A stretch of DNA of 32,000 nt from an uncultured archaeon. Lineage in GTDB: Archaea > Asgardarchaeota > Thorarchaeia > Thorarchaeales > CAZPUN01. The stretch lies in assembly GCA_964589775.1 (NCBI GenBank), contig CAZPUN010000012.1:1-32000 (forward strand), in the 5' to 3' direction. The notes beneath the pieces were generated by a model that was given only the letters and a program-made list of their open reading frames with translations, did no database searches and was not told the origin of the DNA. Positions 16,022-25,678 of this stretch are shown piece by piece. Every line of letters begins with the position of its first letter. The stretch's first letter is position 1. The position numbers and the translations under genes are program-made.

Positions 16022-17204
16022 TAGTTATTTGTTTTTCATCGACATTTAGCCAATCGGCTATTTGCTTTTTGGGAATTTTGGTAAGGATTATTTTAAATAG
16101 CGCATAAAGAGAATTTACTTCATTTAATGACAAATGTAGCTTATCAGCAATTAATTGCTTATTTAACAAATCCTTGTCACTTTTTCTTCTTCCAATATAT
16201 ACTAATAATGGCCATTCGGATTCCGTAATGATTTTTTTATGAGGATATTTATTAGATCGCATTAATGCCAAAACAAGGAATTCATAAATATATTTTAATA
16301 AATTCCAATTCATATTTTCGGAAATATTTTGTAAATATAGATCTGCTAGGGATATGTTTTTAATCACTACAAGCGCATCTTCTAATGACATGCCATTTAG
16401 CAAAGAGTTTTCATAGAGCAATAATAGAGTAGTATCAGGATCTGTATCAAGATTTAGAGCTTTAAATTCAGAAATTTCTTTGAGCGATAGTAAATTCTTA
16501 ATTGCATCCTCTAAAGTTAATTGTTGCTCTCTGAATGTATCACGATCAACAAAAGAATCATGTATAATTAGAGACTGTAAATCATTAATTGCAGCTCTCA
16601 AATCCCCATTTGATCTATTAGCAATATTTTCTAAAATTTCATCAGAAACATCGATATGCTCCGCATTACATATTCTCTTTAAAATTTCAACAACATTTGA
16701 TTTTGAAAGAGGCGCTAATTCAATAATTAATGAGAACTTTCCTAAGAATTTTGTTTGCGAACGATCTAATTCGTTTGCAGTAAAAATTATAGGATGTTGC
16801 GTTTTTTCAACTAATTCTTTAAGTGATTTAAAACCACCACGGTCAAGAGAACCAGATAACCCATCAATTTCATCTAGCAGAATAACGCGATGTTCATTCC
16901 AGAAAGATTGAGTTAAAGCAGATTCAAGAACTGTAGATAGTATAGACTCCTTATTTCTTGTATCACTTGCATTAAATTCAACTACTTCATAACCAAGCGA
17001 CTTTGCAGCAACATAGACCATTGACGTCTTTCCAATTCCAGGAGGCCCAAATATAACTAAAGCTTTTTGTGCCTTTTTAGGAGACCATGATTTTATCCAT
17101 CTAATTAATTGCGATAGCTTGTCTTTATGCCCTATAAATTCACCAGGATTGCTAGGTCTATATTTTTCAACCCATGGAATTGAACCAGAATTCATGTATA
17201 TCAT
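16014..17204 (-). CDS. rfcL: Replication factor C large subunit
   Basis: Motifs PWVEKYRP, GPPGIGKT, EFNASD, LLDEIDG and GDLRAAINDLQ. Confidence 0.93.
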   Translation of the reverse strand: MIYMNSGSIPWVEKYRPSNPGEFIGHKDKLSQLIRWIKSWSPKKAQKALVIFGPPGIGKTSMVYVAAKSLGYEVVEFNASDTRNKESILSTVLESALTQSFWNEHRVILLDEIDGLSGSLDRGGFKSLKELVEKTQHPIIFTANELDRSQTKFLGKFSLIIELAPLSKSNVVEILKRICNAEHIDVSDEILENIANRSNGDLRAAINDLQSLIIHDSFVDRDTFREQQLTLEDAIKNLLSLKEISEFKALNLDTDPDTTLLLLYENSLLNGMSLEDALVVIKNISLADLYLQNISENMNWNLLKYIYEFLVLALMRSNKYPHKKIITESEWPLLVYIGRRKSDKDLLNKQLIADKLHLSLNEVNSLYALFKIILTKIPKKQIADWLNVDEKQITIT

Positions 17205-18154
17205 CTCAGTTGAGCCATAAATGCGATTAATGAAGAGATCTGTATTTTACCAGATGCACCTTGACTTAATTGAAAATCAATGTTTCCAATTTCATGTAAT
17301 ATCTTAATTTTTTTAGATTCTTCAATATCAAGTTGTTTTACTGCAAGATGTATTTGTTTTAACAAATCCTCCGGAGAAATACCCTGCCCAATAATTAGAT
17401 CGTCTATAATTTGTAATGCAGATTCAAATTCACCATGAATTGATGTGTTTACCAATTTTTCAATATCTTTTGGTGATGCGCGACCTGCGACCTTATATAC
17501 ATTTTCAGCTGTGATATTAGAATCTAAAGCAGCTGCAGATTGAAGTAAATTAATTGCCACCCTCATATCCCCTTCACAAACATATAGAATTGCACCAAGT
17601 CCATCTTTTGTTAGATTTATATTTTCTTTTTTAGCAATGTAGTTTAATCTTTCCGAAATAGATTCATCAGATAATGCATTAAATCTGAAAATAGCACATC
17701 TGCTTTGTATGGGAGGTATTATTTTCGATGAATAATTACAAATAAGTATGAATCTGCAAGTCGAAGAATATTCTTCCATTGTTCGTCTTAAGGCGTGCTG
17801 CGCATCAGAAGTTAAATGATCTGCTTCATCAAGGACTAATATTTTAAATGGTACATCACCAACAGGAAGCGCCCTAGCAAACTTTTTAATATTGTTTCGT
17901 ACAACGCCAATTCCACGCTCATCACTTGCATTTAATTCCATAAAATTATATTGATATGTTTCCTCACCATATAGCTCACGCGCGATACACAAAGCTGTAG
18001 TAGTTTTGCTTGTACCGGGGGGTCCAGAAAACAAACAATGCGGAAGATCTTTTTGCTCCACCATTTTCTTTAGTTGTTTGACTATTGCATCTTGCCCAAC
18101 AATTTCATCAAGTTGTTTAGGGCGGTATTTCTCAGTCCAGATAGTGGATTCCAT
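17201..18154 (-). CDS. rfcS: Replication factor C small subunit
   Basis: Motifs WTEKYRP, GPPGTSKT, ELNASDERG, LDEAD, AQHALRRTME, IQSRC and GDMR. No intein. Confidence 0.96.
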   Translation of the reverse strand: MESTIWTEKYRPKQLDEIVGQDAIVKQLKKMVEQKDLPHCLFSGPPGTSKTTTALCIARELYGEETYQYNFMELNASDERGIGVVRNNIKKFARALPVGDVPFKILVLDEADHLTSDAQHALRRTMEEYSSTCRFILICNYSSKIIPPIQSRCAIFRFNALSDESISERLNYIAKKENINLTKDGLGAILYVCEGDMRVAINLLQSAAALDSNITAENVYKVAGRASPKDIEKLVNTSIHGEFESALQIIDDLIIGQGISPEDLLKQIHLAVKQLDIEESKKIKILHEIGNIDFQLSQGASGKIQISSLIAFMAQLR

Positions 18155-18242
18155 TTTTCAGCAGCCTCATCAAATAAAATATTATTCAATAAGAGAAAGT
18201 ATATCATTGAATTTAAATTTAATCAAGTCTATATTTAGAATC

Positions 18243-18809
18243 ATGAATAATAATTTAAACACCAACATTACAAAACAATTGAAACGAATATGGTTTAAAA
18301 TATCACATGAGAAAATTCCAGTTATATTCAAACAACCAATTGATGAAATTAATTTAGCAGGAATAAAAATAGGACCATATCAAAAGGGAAGCGAAGTAAA
18401 TTTAGAATGGTGGATAACACAACATCTGATATCAGAAGAAATTGTAGAGCCAAAAATATCAATTTTACAATTTTTATCAGATTTAGAAAAAGAAAATTTC
18501 AAAGAGATTAATAATTCAAGACTACAAGAAGTTGATAAGGATCTATACTTTGCAACAACGTTATATCGTAAAATCATAATTGAGCGCTCAAGAAAAAATC
18601 CAGAGCCTATGATTATGCACCAATATGAAAAGATTGCATCATTACTTTTCGACATTTCCTTAAAGCGCGCAGCAAAATTATTAAAAATAGCTCACGCAGG
18701 AGAGCCAACAAGAGAACAAATGAACCGAATGACAGAAGAAGAAAAAACAATTGTGAAAATTTTATCAACTGTATTATCAACTTGGAAGAATTTCTTAGAA
18801 GAAACTTGA
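18243..18809 (+). CDS. GINS complex subunit Gins23
   Basis: N-terminal beta-rich B domain (IGPYQKGSEVNLEWW), then a helical A domain (KRAAKLLK, MTEEEK). Directly upstream of mcm. The start was trimmed to avoid overlapping rfcS. Confidence 0.78.
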   Translation: MNNNLNTNITKQLKRIWFKISHEKIPVIFKQPIDEINLAGIKIGPYQKGSEVNLEWWITQHLISEEIVEPKISILQFLSDLEKENFKEINNSRLQEVDKDLYFATTLYRKIIIERSRKNPEPMIMHQYEKIASLLFDISLKRAAKLLKIAHAGEPTREQMNRMTEEEKTIVKILSTVLSTWKNFLEET

Positions 18810-18885
18810 TTTTCCAATTATGATATCTTTATATAAAAAAGTTAAGTATCTTAATAATGATAGCCAAACAGGTGTAATATGAAAA

Positions 18886-20946
18886 ATGGAGGACTTTGAG
18901 TTTAATTTTGATCCTGAAGAACGCTTTGTAAACTTTCTCAAAATGTGTAGAGATGAGCGCGGAGAATACATATACAGAAATAAAATTGCAAAGCTCCCAA
19001 CCAGTGGAGAAATTTCATTATATGTAGATTTCGATGACCTATTACGATTTGATCCGGAGCTAGCTCGAAAGACAATTTCTGAACCGGATAGTATGTTGAG
19101 AGTTGGAAGTAGCGCTCTTAGAGAAGTATTAAAGATACATGATGAAGAGTATGCAGAAAATACTGCAAATCTTCATTTACGATTTAGAAATGTTGAAACA
19201 TATGTTCCCTTACGCCAAATAAGAGCAAACCACATTGGAAAACTAATTCGTGTTGAAGGTATCTTAATGAGAGCATCTCAAGTCAAACCTTTACTTGTTA
19301 ATGGTGTTTTTCAATGTGGACATTGTGGTGAGAAAATTAGAATCCCCCAAGAAGAGGGTCGCTATACTCCACCAATGGTCTGCCCTAATCCTGCATGTAG
19401 GAAAAAGGGTCCTTTTAAGCTAATAATAGAAGAATCTGAATTTATTGATTGGCAGAAAATTAGAATTCAAGAGACTCCCGATGAACTGCCACCAGGACAA
19501 ATGCCACGTTCATTAGATGTAATATTTACTGATGATTTAGTCGACACATGTAGACCTGGAGATTTAGTAAGAATAGTAGGAATATTAAGGTCTGCACCTG
19601 ATTTTACAGGCGCACGAAAATTAGCTACTTTTCATGTATTTATTGAGGCTAATGGAGTAGATGTCTCAGAGAAAGAATTCGAACACTTACAGATATCAGA
19701 AGAAGATGAAAAACAAATTATAGAATTATCAAAGGATCCTTTTGTACATACAAAAATAACTCAATCATTAGCACCTTCAATTCATGGAAATGAAAAAATT
19801 AAGGAAGCAGTCACATTAATGTTATTTGGAGGAGTACCAAAAGTACTTCCAGATGGAACAAAAATTCGAGGAAAATCAAATATACTATTGGTAGGAGACC
19901 CGGGTACTGGAAAAAGCCAACTACTAAAATATGTTGCCACCTTAGCCACAAGAGGGTTGTATACTTCAGGAAAGGGTACAAGTGCAGCGGGACTTACTGC
20001 AGCTGTAGTTCATGATAGTGAAACTGGAGCTATGACTTTAGAAGCTGGTGCATTAGTCCTTGCAGATCAAGGAGTAGCATGTATTGATGAATTTGATAAA
20101 ATGGAAGCAAGTGATAGAAGCGCCATACATGAAGCCATGGAACAACATACAGTAAGTATAGCAAAAGCAGGAATTGTCGCAACACTAAATGCCAGGACAT
20201 CAATTCTTGCAGCAGCAAATCCAATAATGGGGCGATACAATCCAAATCTGACAGTTGCAGAAAATCTAAAATTGCCAGTCACAATTCTTTCACGTTTTGA
20301 TTTAATCTTTATAATGATCGATAAGCCGGATACTAAAAAGGACCGCGAACTTGCACGCCATATTCTCGGATTACATAAAACAAAAGGTAAAGAATTGCCT
20401 CCTGTATTACCTCCTGAATTCTTAAGAAAATATATTGCATACGCAACCAAAAATGTAAAACCAGTGATTTCAGCAGAAGCCGCTGAAGAAATTGAAAATT
20501 TCTACATTAAAATGCGTTCATCAGGAGAAGCAGAAGGCTCACCAGTACCGATCACTGCGAGACAATTAGAAGCAGTTATCAGACTTGCGGAAGCACGCGC
20601 AAGAATGGCACTCAGAGATGAGGTTACTAGAGAAGATGCGAGAGCAGTAATTGATTTAGTAACTGAATCGCTAAAAGCAGTTGGAATAGATCCGGAAACA
20701 GGACAATTTGATATTGATACAATATATACAGGAAGAAGCAAGTCCCAACGCGACAAAACACAACAAATTGTCGAAATTATAGAACAATTACAACTCGAGC
20801 TGGATGGGCCAGTTCCAGTTGATCAAATTATCGATAAGGCAGTAAATGAAGGCATAGATAAAGAGTTCGTAATTCGAAGCATAGATCAGCTAAAACTTGA
20901 TGGTATGTTTTATGAACCCCGTCCGGGATATATCAGTAAAGCATAG
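18886..20946 (+). CDS. mcm: MCM replicative helicase
   Basis: Zn finger CGHC...CPNPAC, GQMPR, Walker A GDPGTGKSQ, LEAGALVLAD, IDEFDKM, SRFD and ITARQLE. No intein. Confidence 0.98.
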   Translation: MEDFEFNFDPEERFVNFLKMCRDERGEYIYRNKIAKLPTSGEISLYVDFDDLLRFDPELARKTISEPDSMLRVGSSALREVLKIHDEEYAENTANLHLRFRNVETYVPLRQIRANHIGKLIRVEGILMRASQVKPLLVNGVFQCGHCGEKIRIPQEEGRYTPPMVCPNPACRKKGPFKLIIEESEFIDWQKIRIQETPDELPPGQMPRSLDVIFTDDLVDTCRPGDLVRIVGILRSAPDFTGARKLATFHVFIEANGVDVSEKEFEHLQISEEDEKQIIELSKDPFVHTKITQSLAPSIHGNEKIKEAVTLMLFGGVPKVLPDGTKIRGKSNILLVGDPGTGKSQLLKYVATLATRGLYTSGKGTSAAGLTAAVVHDSETGAMTLEAGALVLADQGVACIDEFDKMEASDRSAIHEAMEQHTVSIAKAGIVATLNARTSILAAANPIMGRYNPNLTVAENLKLPVTILSRFDLIFIMIDKPDTKKDRELARHILGLHKTKGKELPPVLPPEFLRKYIAYATKNVKPVISAEAAEEIENFYIKMRSSGEAEGSPVPITARQLEAVIRLAEARARMALRDEVTREDARAVIDLVTESLKAVGIDPETGQFDIDTIYTGRSKSQRDKTQQIVEIIEQLQLELDGPVPVDQIIDKAVNEGIDKEFVIRSIDQLKLDGMFYEPRPGYISKA

Positions 20947-20957
20947 GTGACATTATT

Positions 20958-23156
20958 TTGAAACTGAGTGAATTACCACTAAATGAACGAGTAGTACAGA
21001 TACTAATAGAATCAGGAATAGAAGATTTATTTCCACCGCAAGCAAAGGCAGTCCAAGCAGGTCTTTTAGAACGCAAAAACATAGTACTTGCAGTACCAAC
21101 TAGCTCAGGAAAAACATTAGTTGCTGAATTGGCAATGGTTCATGATATTTTGAATGGATATGGAAAAGCTATATACATGGCACCACTAAGAGCAATAGCA
21201 TCAGAAAAGTTTGAAGAATTTAAAAAATATGAAAAAATAGGATTGCGTGTAGCATTAACAATGGGAGACTATGATTCAGAAGATCCAGAATTAGAGAACT
21301 ATGATATTATAGTAGCAACAATAGAAAAACTAGATGCGTTAATGCGACACAGAGCAAAATGGTTGAAAGAAATTGGAACAATCGTAGCTGATGAAGTACA
21401 TCTGCTTACAGATCCATTACGTGGTCCAACATTGGAAATGACCATTACAAAAATTAGAAAGTTACTAAAAGATATTAGATTCGTATTTCTAAGCGCAACA
21501 ATAAGTAATTCAAAAGAATTAGCAGGATGGATCAATGCGAAATTAGTCCAATCGAATTGGAGACCAGTACCACTTAAGGAAGGCGTTTATTTGGATTCAT
21601 ACATTTATTATGACGATGGCAGTACAAAACGGCTTAAAAAAAATAAAAACTCTGTATTAGCATTAGTAGATGATTGCATATCACAAGGGGGACAAGCATT
21701 AGTTTTTGTAAATACAAGAAGTTCATCAGTAAAATTAGCAGAAGTTTTATCAAAAACCGTTAAGAAATACATGTCTGAAGATGACATAAAAGAAGTAGAA
21801 AAATCATTTTCAAATGATGACCTGATAGATACAGACATTTTAGAAAAACTTAGAAAATATACTTCTGGAGGCGTTGCATTTCATCATGCAGGCTTATCCA
21901 ATAAAGAGAGACAAATAGTAGAACGCTTATTTAAATCAAACATATTGAAGGTTATTACTGCAACACCAACGTTAGCAGCAGGGGTTAATCTTCCAGCAAG
22001 ACGCGTAATTATTAGAGATTACAAGAGATATGATATGAATTATGGATTGATTCCAATACCTATACTTGAGATTAAACAAATGTCTGGAAGAGCCGGAAGA
22101 CCGAAATATGATAAAGAAGGAGAAAGCGTACTAATAGCAAAAAATGATAGGGAATTCCAATTCTTATTTGATAATTACATTTCAGGCGAAGTCGAGAGAA
22201 TTAGTTCGAAATTAGCTACTGAATCTATATTACGAACGCATCTTTTAGGAGTAATCGCAGGAGAATTTGCTAATGATAGAGATGAATTAAAGGACCTACT
22301 CAATCAAACATTTTACGCTTATCAAAACGACATTTATGTATTAGACGTAGCAATTGACGAGGCGCTAGAGTTTTTGAATTTACACGCTTTAATTGAAATT
22401 TCAGATTCAAAATTTTATGCTACAAAATTTGGAAAAAGAGTTTCACAGCTATACATAGATCCAATGACTGCAATAATAATAAAAGAATCACTAGAATATA
22501 TAAAGCATCGAAATATTACAGATTTTTCATATTTATCATTGGTTTCGCACACACCAGATGTAAATACAATATACGTACGAGTTCATGAAAGAGGTAAATT
22601 GCATAAGTTTGCATATGATCACAAGAATGAGTTAATATATGATGTAAACGTTGATTATAGTATAGATGATGATTGGTTCCTATCTGAAATAAAAACAACT
22701 GAATTATTGTTAAATTGGATTAATGAAGTTCCGGAAAAACAAATTACCGAAAAATATTCAATAGGTTTAGGAGACATCGCAAATATTGTTTCACGAGCTG
22801 AATGGATTTTATATGCAGCTGGTGAGATATATAGAATTTTTGAACGCCCAGACCTCAAAAAGGAACTAGATAGATTGCGAATTCGTGTCAAACATGGAAT
22901 AAAGCCGGAATTAATTGATTTTGTTTCACTAAAGGGTATTGGACGTGCAAGAGCTAGAGCGATCTATCGCGCAGGATTCAAGACAATATCAGCACTAAAA
23001 TCCGCGACTCTTGAAGAACTAATAAAAATTCCAATGATTGGAAAAAACCTTGCAATCTCAATTAAAAAACAATTAGGCACATATGATCCAACAGAAAAAG
23101 TTCCAGAAATAATCAAAGCGAAAAGAAGTGGACAAACAAAAATCACCGATTTCTAG
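20958..23156 (+). CDS. hel308: Ski2-like DNA helicase Hel308/Hjm
   Basis: Motifs LFPPQ, PTSSGKT, DEVH, LSAT, FHHAGL, TPTLAAGVNLPA, QMSGRAGRP and C-terminal HhH GIGRARAR. TTG start after a GGTGA element. Confidence 0.95.
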   Translation: MKLSELPLNERVVQILIESGIEDLFPPQAKAVQAGLLERKNIVLAVPTSSGKTLVAELAMVHDILNGYGKAIYMAPLRAIASEKFEEFKKYEKIGLRVALTMGDYDSEDPELENYDIIVATIEKLDALMRHRAKWLKEIGTIVADEVHLLTDPLRGPTLEMTITKIRKLLKDIRFVFLSATISNSKELAGWINAKLVQSNWRPVPLKEGVYLDSYIYYDDGSTKRLKKNKNSVLALVDDCISQGGQALVFVNTRSSSVKLAEVLSKTVKKYMSEDDIKEVEKSFSNDDLIDTDILEKLRKYTSGGVAFHHAGLSNKERQIVERLFKSNILKVITATPTLAAGVNLPARRVIIRDYKRYDMNYGLIPIPILEIKQMSGRAGRPKYDKEGESVLIAKNDREFQFLFDNYISGEVERISSKLATESILRTHLLGVIAGEFANDRDELKDLLNQTFYAYQNDIYVLDVAIDEALEFLNLHALIEISDSKFYATKFGKRVSQLYIDPMTAIIIKESLEYIKHRNITDFSYLSLVSHTPDVNTIYVRVHERGKLHKFAYDHKNELIYDVNVDYSIDDDWFLSEIKTTELLLNWINEVPEKQITEKYSIGLGDIANIVSRAEWILYAAGEIYRIFERPDLKKELDRLRIRVKHGIKPELIDFVSLKGIGRARARAIYRAGFKTISALKSATLEELIKIPMIGKNLAISIKKQLGTYDPTEKVPEIIKAKRSGQTKITDF

Positions 23157-23216
23157 AAAATGCAAACGACAACATGTTTATATATAATTTTTTTAGGTAA
23201 TAGTTTACGAAGATAT

Positions 23217-23319
23217 GGGTTCGTAGTCTAGATACTCGTATGATATATACGAGCTAGAATGGTATGATACGTGCCCGGGGCGCACGTGGTCGGGAGTTCA
23301 AATCTCCCCGGACCCACCA
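23217..23319 (+). tRNA. tRNA-Pro(GGG) with a 26-nt non-canonical D-loop intron (about 23234-23259)
   Basis: Acceptor GGGTTCG/CGGACCC, anticodon arm CGTGC-CC GGG GC-GCACG, T arm GGGAG-TTCAAAT-CTCCC, encoded CCA. The insertion forms a bulge-helix-bulge. Confidence 0.92.
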
Positions 23320-23867
23320 TTTAAACTAAATTTTTTGAGAACAGTATAAATAGGACCTTGTGGTGTTAAGGTACTTTTCATTAGAGTAAAATGATCAACA
23401 ACCATACGACCAATATAAACATCAGAAATTTTTAATGCTTCCCTAAATTTTTGAAAATCAATGATTCGTTTTACTCGCCCAATCGTTAAATGAGGCGTGA
23501 ATTTTTCCTTGGGAACACGTATTCCACTACGCCATACAGATTCATCAACAAGCTGTTTTAAGTTTTTAAATTCGGCGATTCCTAAAGTTGTACCAATCCA
23601 CAAAACACGGGGTTTACTACATGACGGAAAACAGCCAAAATTTGCTATTTCAATTTGGAATGGAGATAAGATAATATCATTTAAGTTCTCAATAAGCTTC
23701 TCAGCTTTTGCTTCTGAAATTTCACCAATAAATCGCAAAGTAAAATGAAGATTTTCACGCTCAACTAATTTTACCTTAGCAAAATCAAGAGGAATTTTTG
23801 ATTGAACTTCGACAATTCTGTTTTTTAAGTTATCATCTTCAATAGGTACAGCAATAAAGGTTCTCAT
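23298..23867 (-). CDS. thpR: RNA 2',3'-cyclic phosphodiesterase (2H family, '2'-5' RNA ligase')
   Basis: MRTFIA start, two HxT motifs (NLHFTL, PHLT), PRVLW and STLTPQGPIY. Confidence 0.95.
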   Translation of the reverse strand: MRTFIAVPIEDDNLKNRIVEVQSKIPLDFAKVKLVERENLHFTLRFIGEISEAKAEKLIENLNDIILSPFQIEIANFGCFPSCSKPRVLWIGTTLGIAEFKNLKQLVDESVWRSGIRVPKEKFTPHLTIGRVKRIIDFQKFREALKISDVYIGRMVVDHFTLMKSTLTPQGPIYTVLKKFSLNGGSGEI

Positions 23868-23978
23868 AAAAAATGTAATGCAATGGAAAGCATTAAAAAC
23901 TATCGGTTTTCTAGGTAATATTAGTAATTATTTAATTCTTAGACTAATAATTAGAATTATTGAATATACAATACAAGA

Positions 23979-25121
23979 GTGATGGAAAAATTGAAGCGAA
24001 GAAAAGAACAAACAGTGGACAAAACACGTACAACAGTCGAGAATAAACCAGAAGAAAAATACGAAACATATGAAAATGTACCCATGGCCGAAAAAGTTGT
24101 AATTGCACCAATTGGTTATCCAATAAAAATGAAGGGTGAATATGAATCAGATGAGATCGAAATAGGTGATCCGGAGTTATTTCAAACATATGCAATAGAA
24201 CAGTGGAATGGTATTGTAGTTAATGAAGATACATTTCTTTTTGATCGCTTTGCAGTTCCAGATTTTGCATTTAAAGTAATAAAAGCTGTTCCTGAAAGAA
24301 GTCGAATAGGGTCTTCAACAAAGATAGTAGTTAAAAAAGTCAAACGCAAAATTAAGAAAACACATTATAATGTTTCATTCGATGAAATAATTGGACATGA
24401 AAAAGTTAAAGAAAAAGCAAAGTTAATAATCGAATATTTAAAAAATCCGAAAATATTTGGAGAATGGGGACCTCATGCAGTTCTCTTTTACGGAGAGCCA
24501 GGTACAGGAAAAACAATGATGGCGAAAGCAATTGCATCAGCAGTAAAAGCTCCAATATTTTTCGTAAAAGCAACTGATCTAATAGGAAATCATGTGGGTG
24601 ACGGCTCAAGAAGAATTTCAGGATTGTTTAAAAAAGCTATAGAACAAACACCATCAATTGTTTTTATAGACGAATTAGATGCGATAGGATTGACACGAAA
24701 CTTTCAATCCATTAGAGGCGATGTATCAGAAGTAGTTACTGCATTATTATCGGCAATTGATATGATCAAAGAAATCCCAGGACTTGTTGTAATCGGAACT
24801 ACAAATGCACCACATCTACTAGATAAAGCATTGCTAAGTAGATTTGAAACTCAGTTTAAATTTGGGTTACCTAATTACAATGAACGCCTCAAAATGCTAA
24901 AGATGTACGGCAAAAGGCTTCCAATAAAACCAACATTTAGCTTTGAAAGAATTGCAAAATTGACAAAGGACTTTTCAGGAAGAGATATCAAAGAACGCCT
25001 ATTAAAAACGGCATTACATATCGCAATAATTCGAAACTTAAAAGAAATAGATGACAAATTAATTGATGAAGTACTGAAGGATTTAGGTAAAAATCCAAGA
25101 AAAGGACAATATTATATTTAG
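23979..25121 (+). CDS. Archaeal AAA+ ATPase (COG1223-like)
   Basis: N-terminal PIGYP and YAIEQW, Walker A GEPGTGKT, Walker B IVFIDE, RGDVSEVV, SRF and SGRDI. Confidence 0.85.
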   Translation: MMEKLKRRKEQTVDKTRTTVENKPEEKYETYENVPMAEKVVIAPIGYPIKMKGEYESDEIEIGDPELFQTYAIEQWNGIVVNEDTFLFDRFAVPDFAFKVIKAVPERSRIGSSTKIVVKKVKRKIKKTHYNVSFDEIIGHEKVKEKAKLIIEYLKNPKIFGEWGPHAVLFYGEPGTGKTMMAKAIASAVKAPIFFVKATDLIGNHVGDGSRRISGLFKKAIEQTPSIVFIDELDAIGLTRNFQSIRGDVSEVVTALLSAIDMIKEIPGLVVIGTTNAPHLLDKALLSRFETQFKFGLPNYNERLKMLKMYGKRLPIKPTFSFERIAKLTKDFSGRDIKERLLKTALHIAIIRNLKEIDDKLIDEVLKDLGKNPRKGQYYI

Positions 25122-25127
25122 AATTTT

Positions 25128-25676
25128 GTGAGTGTGATTGCAGTGAATCTTTTATTGATAACGGGTATGCCAGGTGCAGGAAAATCCATAGTTGCTGAAT
25201 TCTTCAAACAAGAGGGCTATCCAGTAATTTGTATGGGTGATATAATTCGAGAAGAAGTACGGAAAAAAGGATTAGAGTATACACCCGAAACAGGAAAAAA
25301 AACCATGTTGGAATTACGCGAAAAGTATGGAAATAACGCTGTAGCCATAAAATGTATTGAAAAAATCAAAAAGATGGATGACGAAACTATTATCGTAGAA
25401 GGTGTAAGAAGCTTAGATGAAGTAAATGAATTTAAGAAAATTGCGAATATAAAGATTATTGGAATTCATGCCTCACCTGAAACAAGATTCAAAAGACTTT
25501 CAACCAGGAAACGCGGTGATGATCCAGATAATTACGATATATTTCAAGAACGCGATCTTAGAGAACTGAAAATAGGTTTAGGAAATGTTATCGCGCTAAG
25601 TGATATAATGATAATTAATGAATATAGTTTAGATGATCTAAAACAAAATTGCATAAAAATTAAGGAGATTTTATAG
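25128..25676 (+). CDS. UPF0200 P-loop kinase (dephospho-CoA kinase-like)
   Basis: Motifs TGMPGAGKS, MGDIIR, EGVRS, RGDD and RDLRELxxG. The start is uncertain (several GTGs). Confidence 0.82.
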   Translation: MSVIAVNLLLITGMPGAGKSIVAEFFKQEGYPVICMGDIIREEVRKKGLEYTPETGKKTMLELREKYGNNAVAIKCIEKIKKMDDETIIVEGVRSLDEVNEFKKIANIKIIGIHASPETRFKRLSTRKRGDDPDNYDIFQERDLRELKIGLGNVIALSDIMIINEYSLDDLKQNCIKIKEIL

Positions 25677-25678
25677 AA

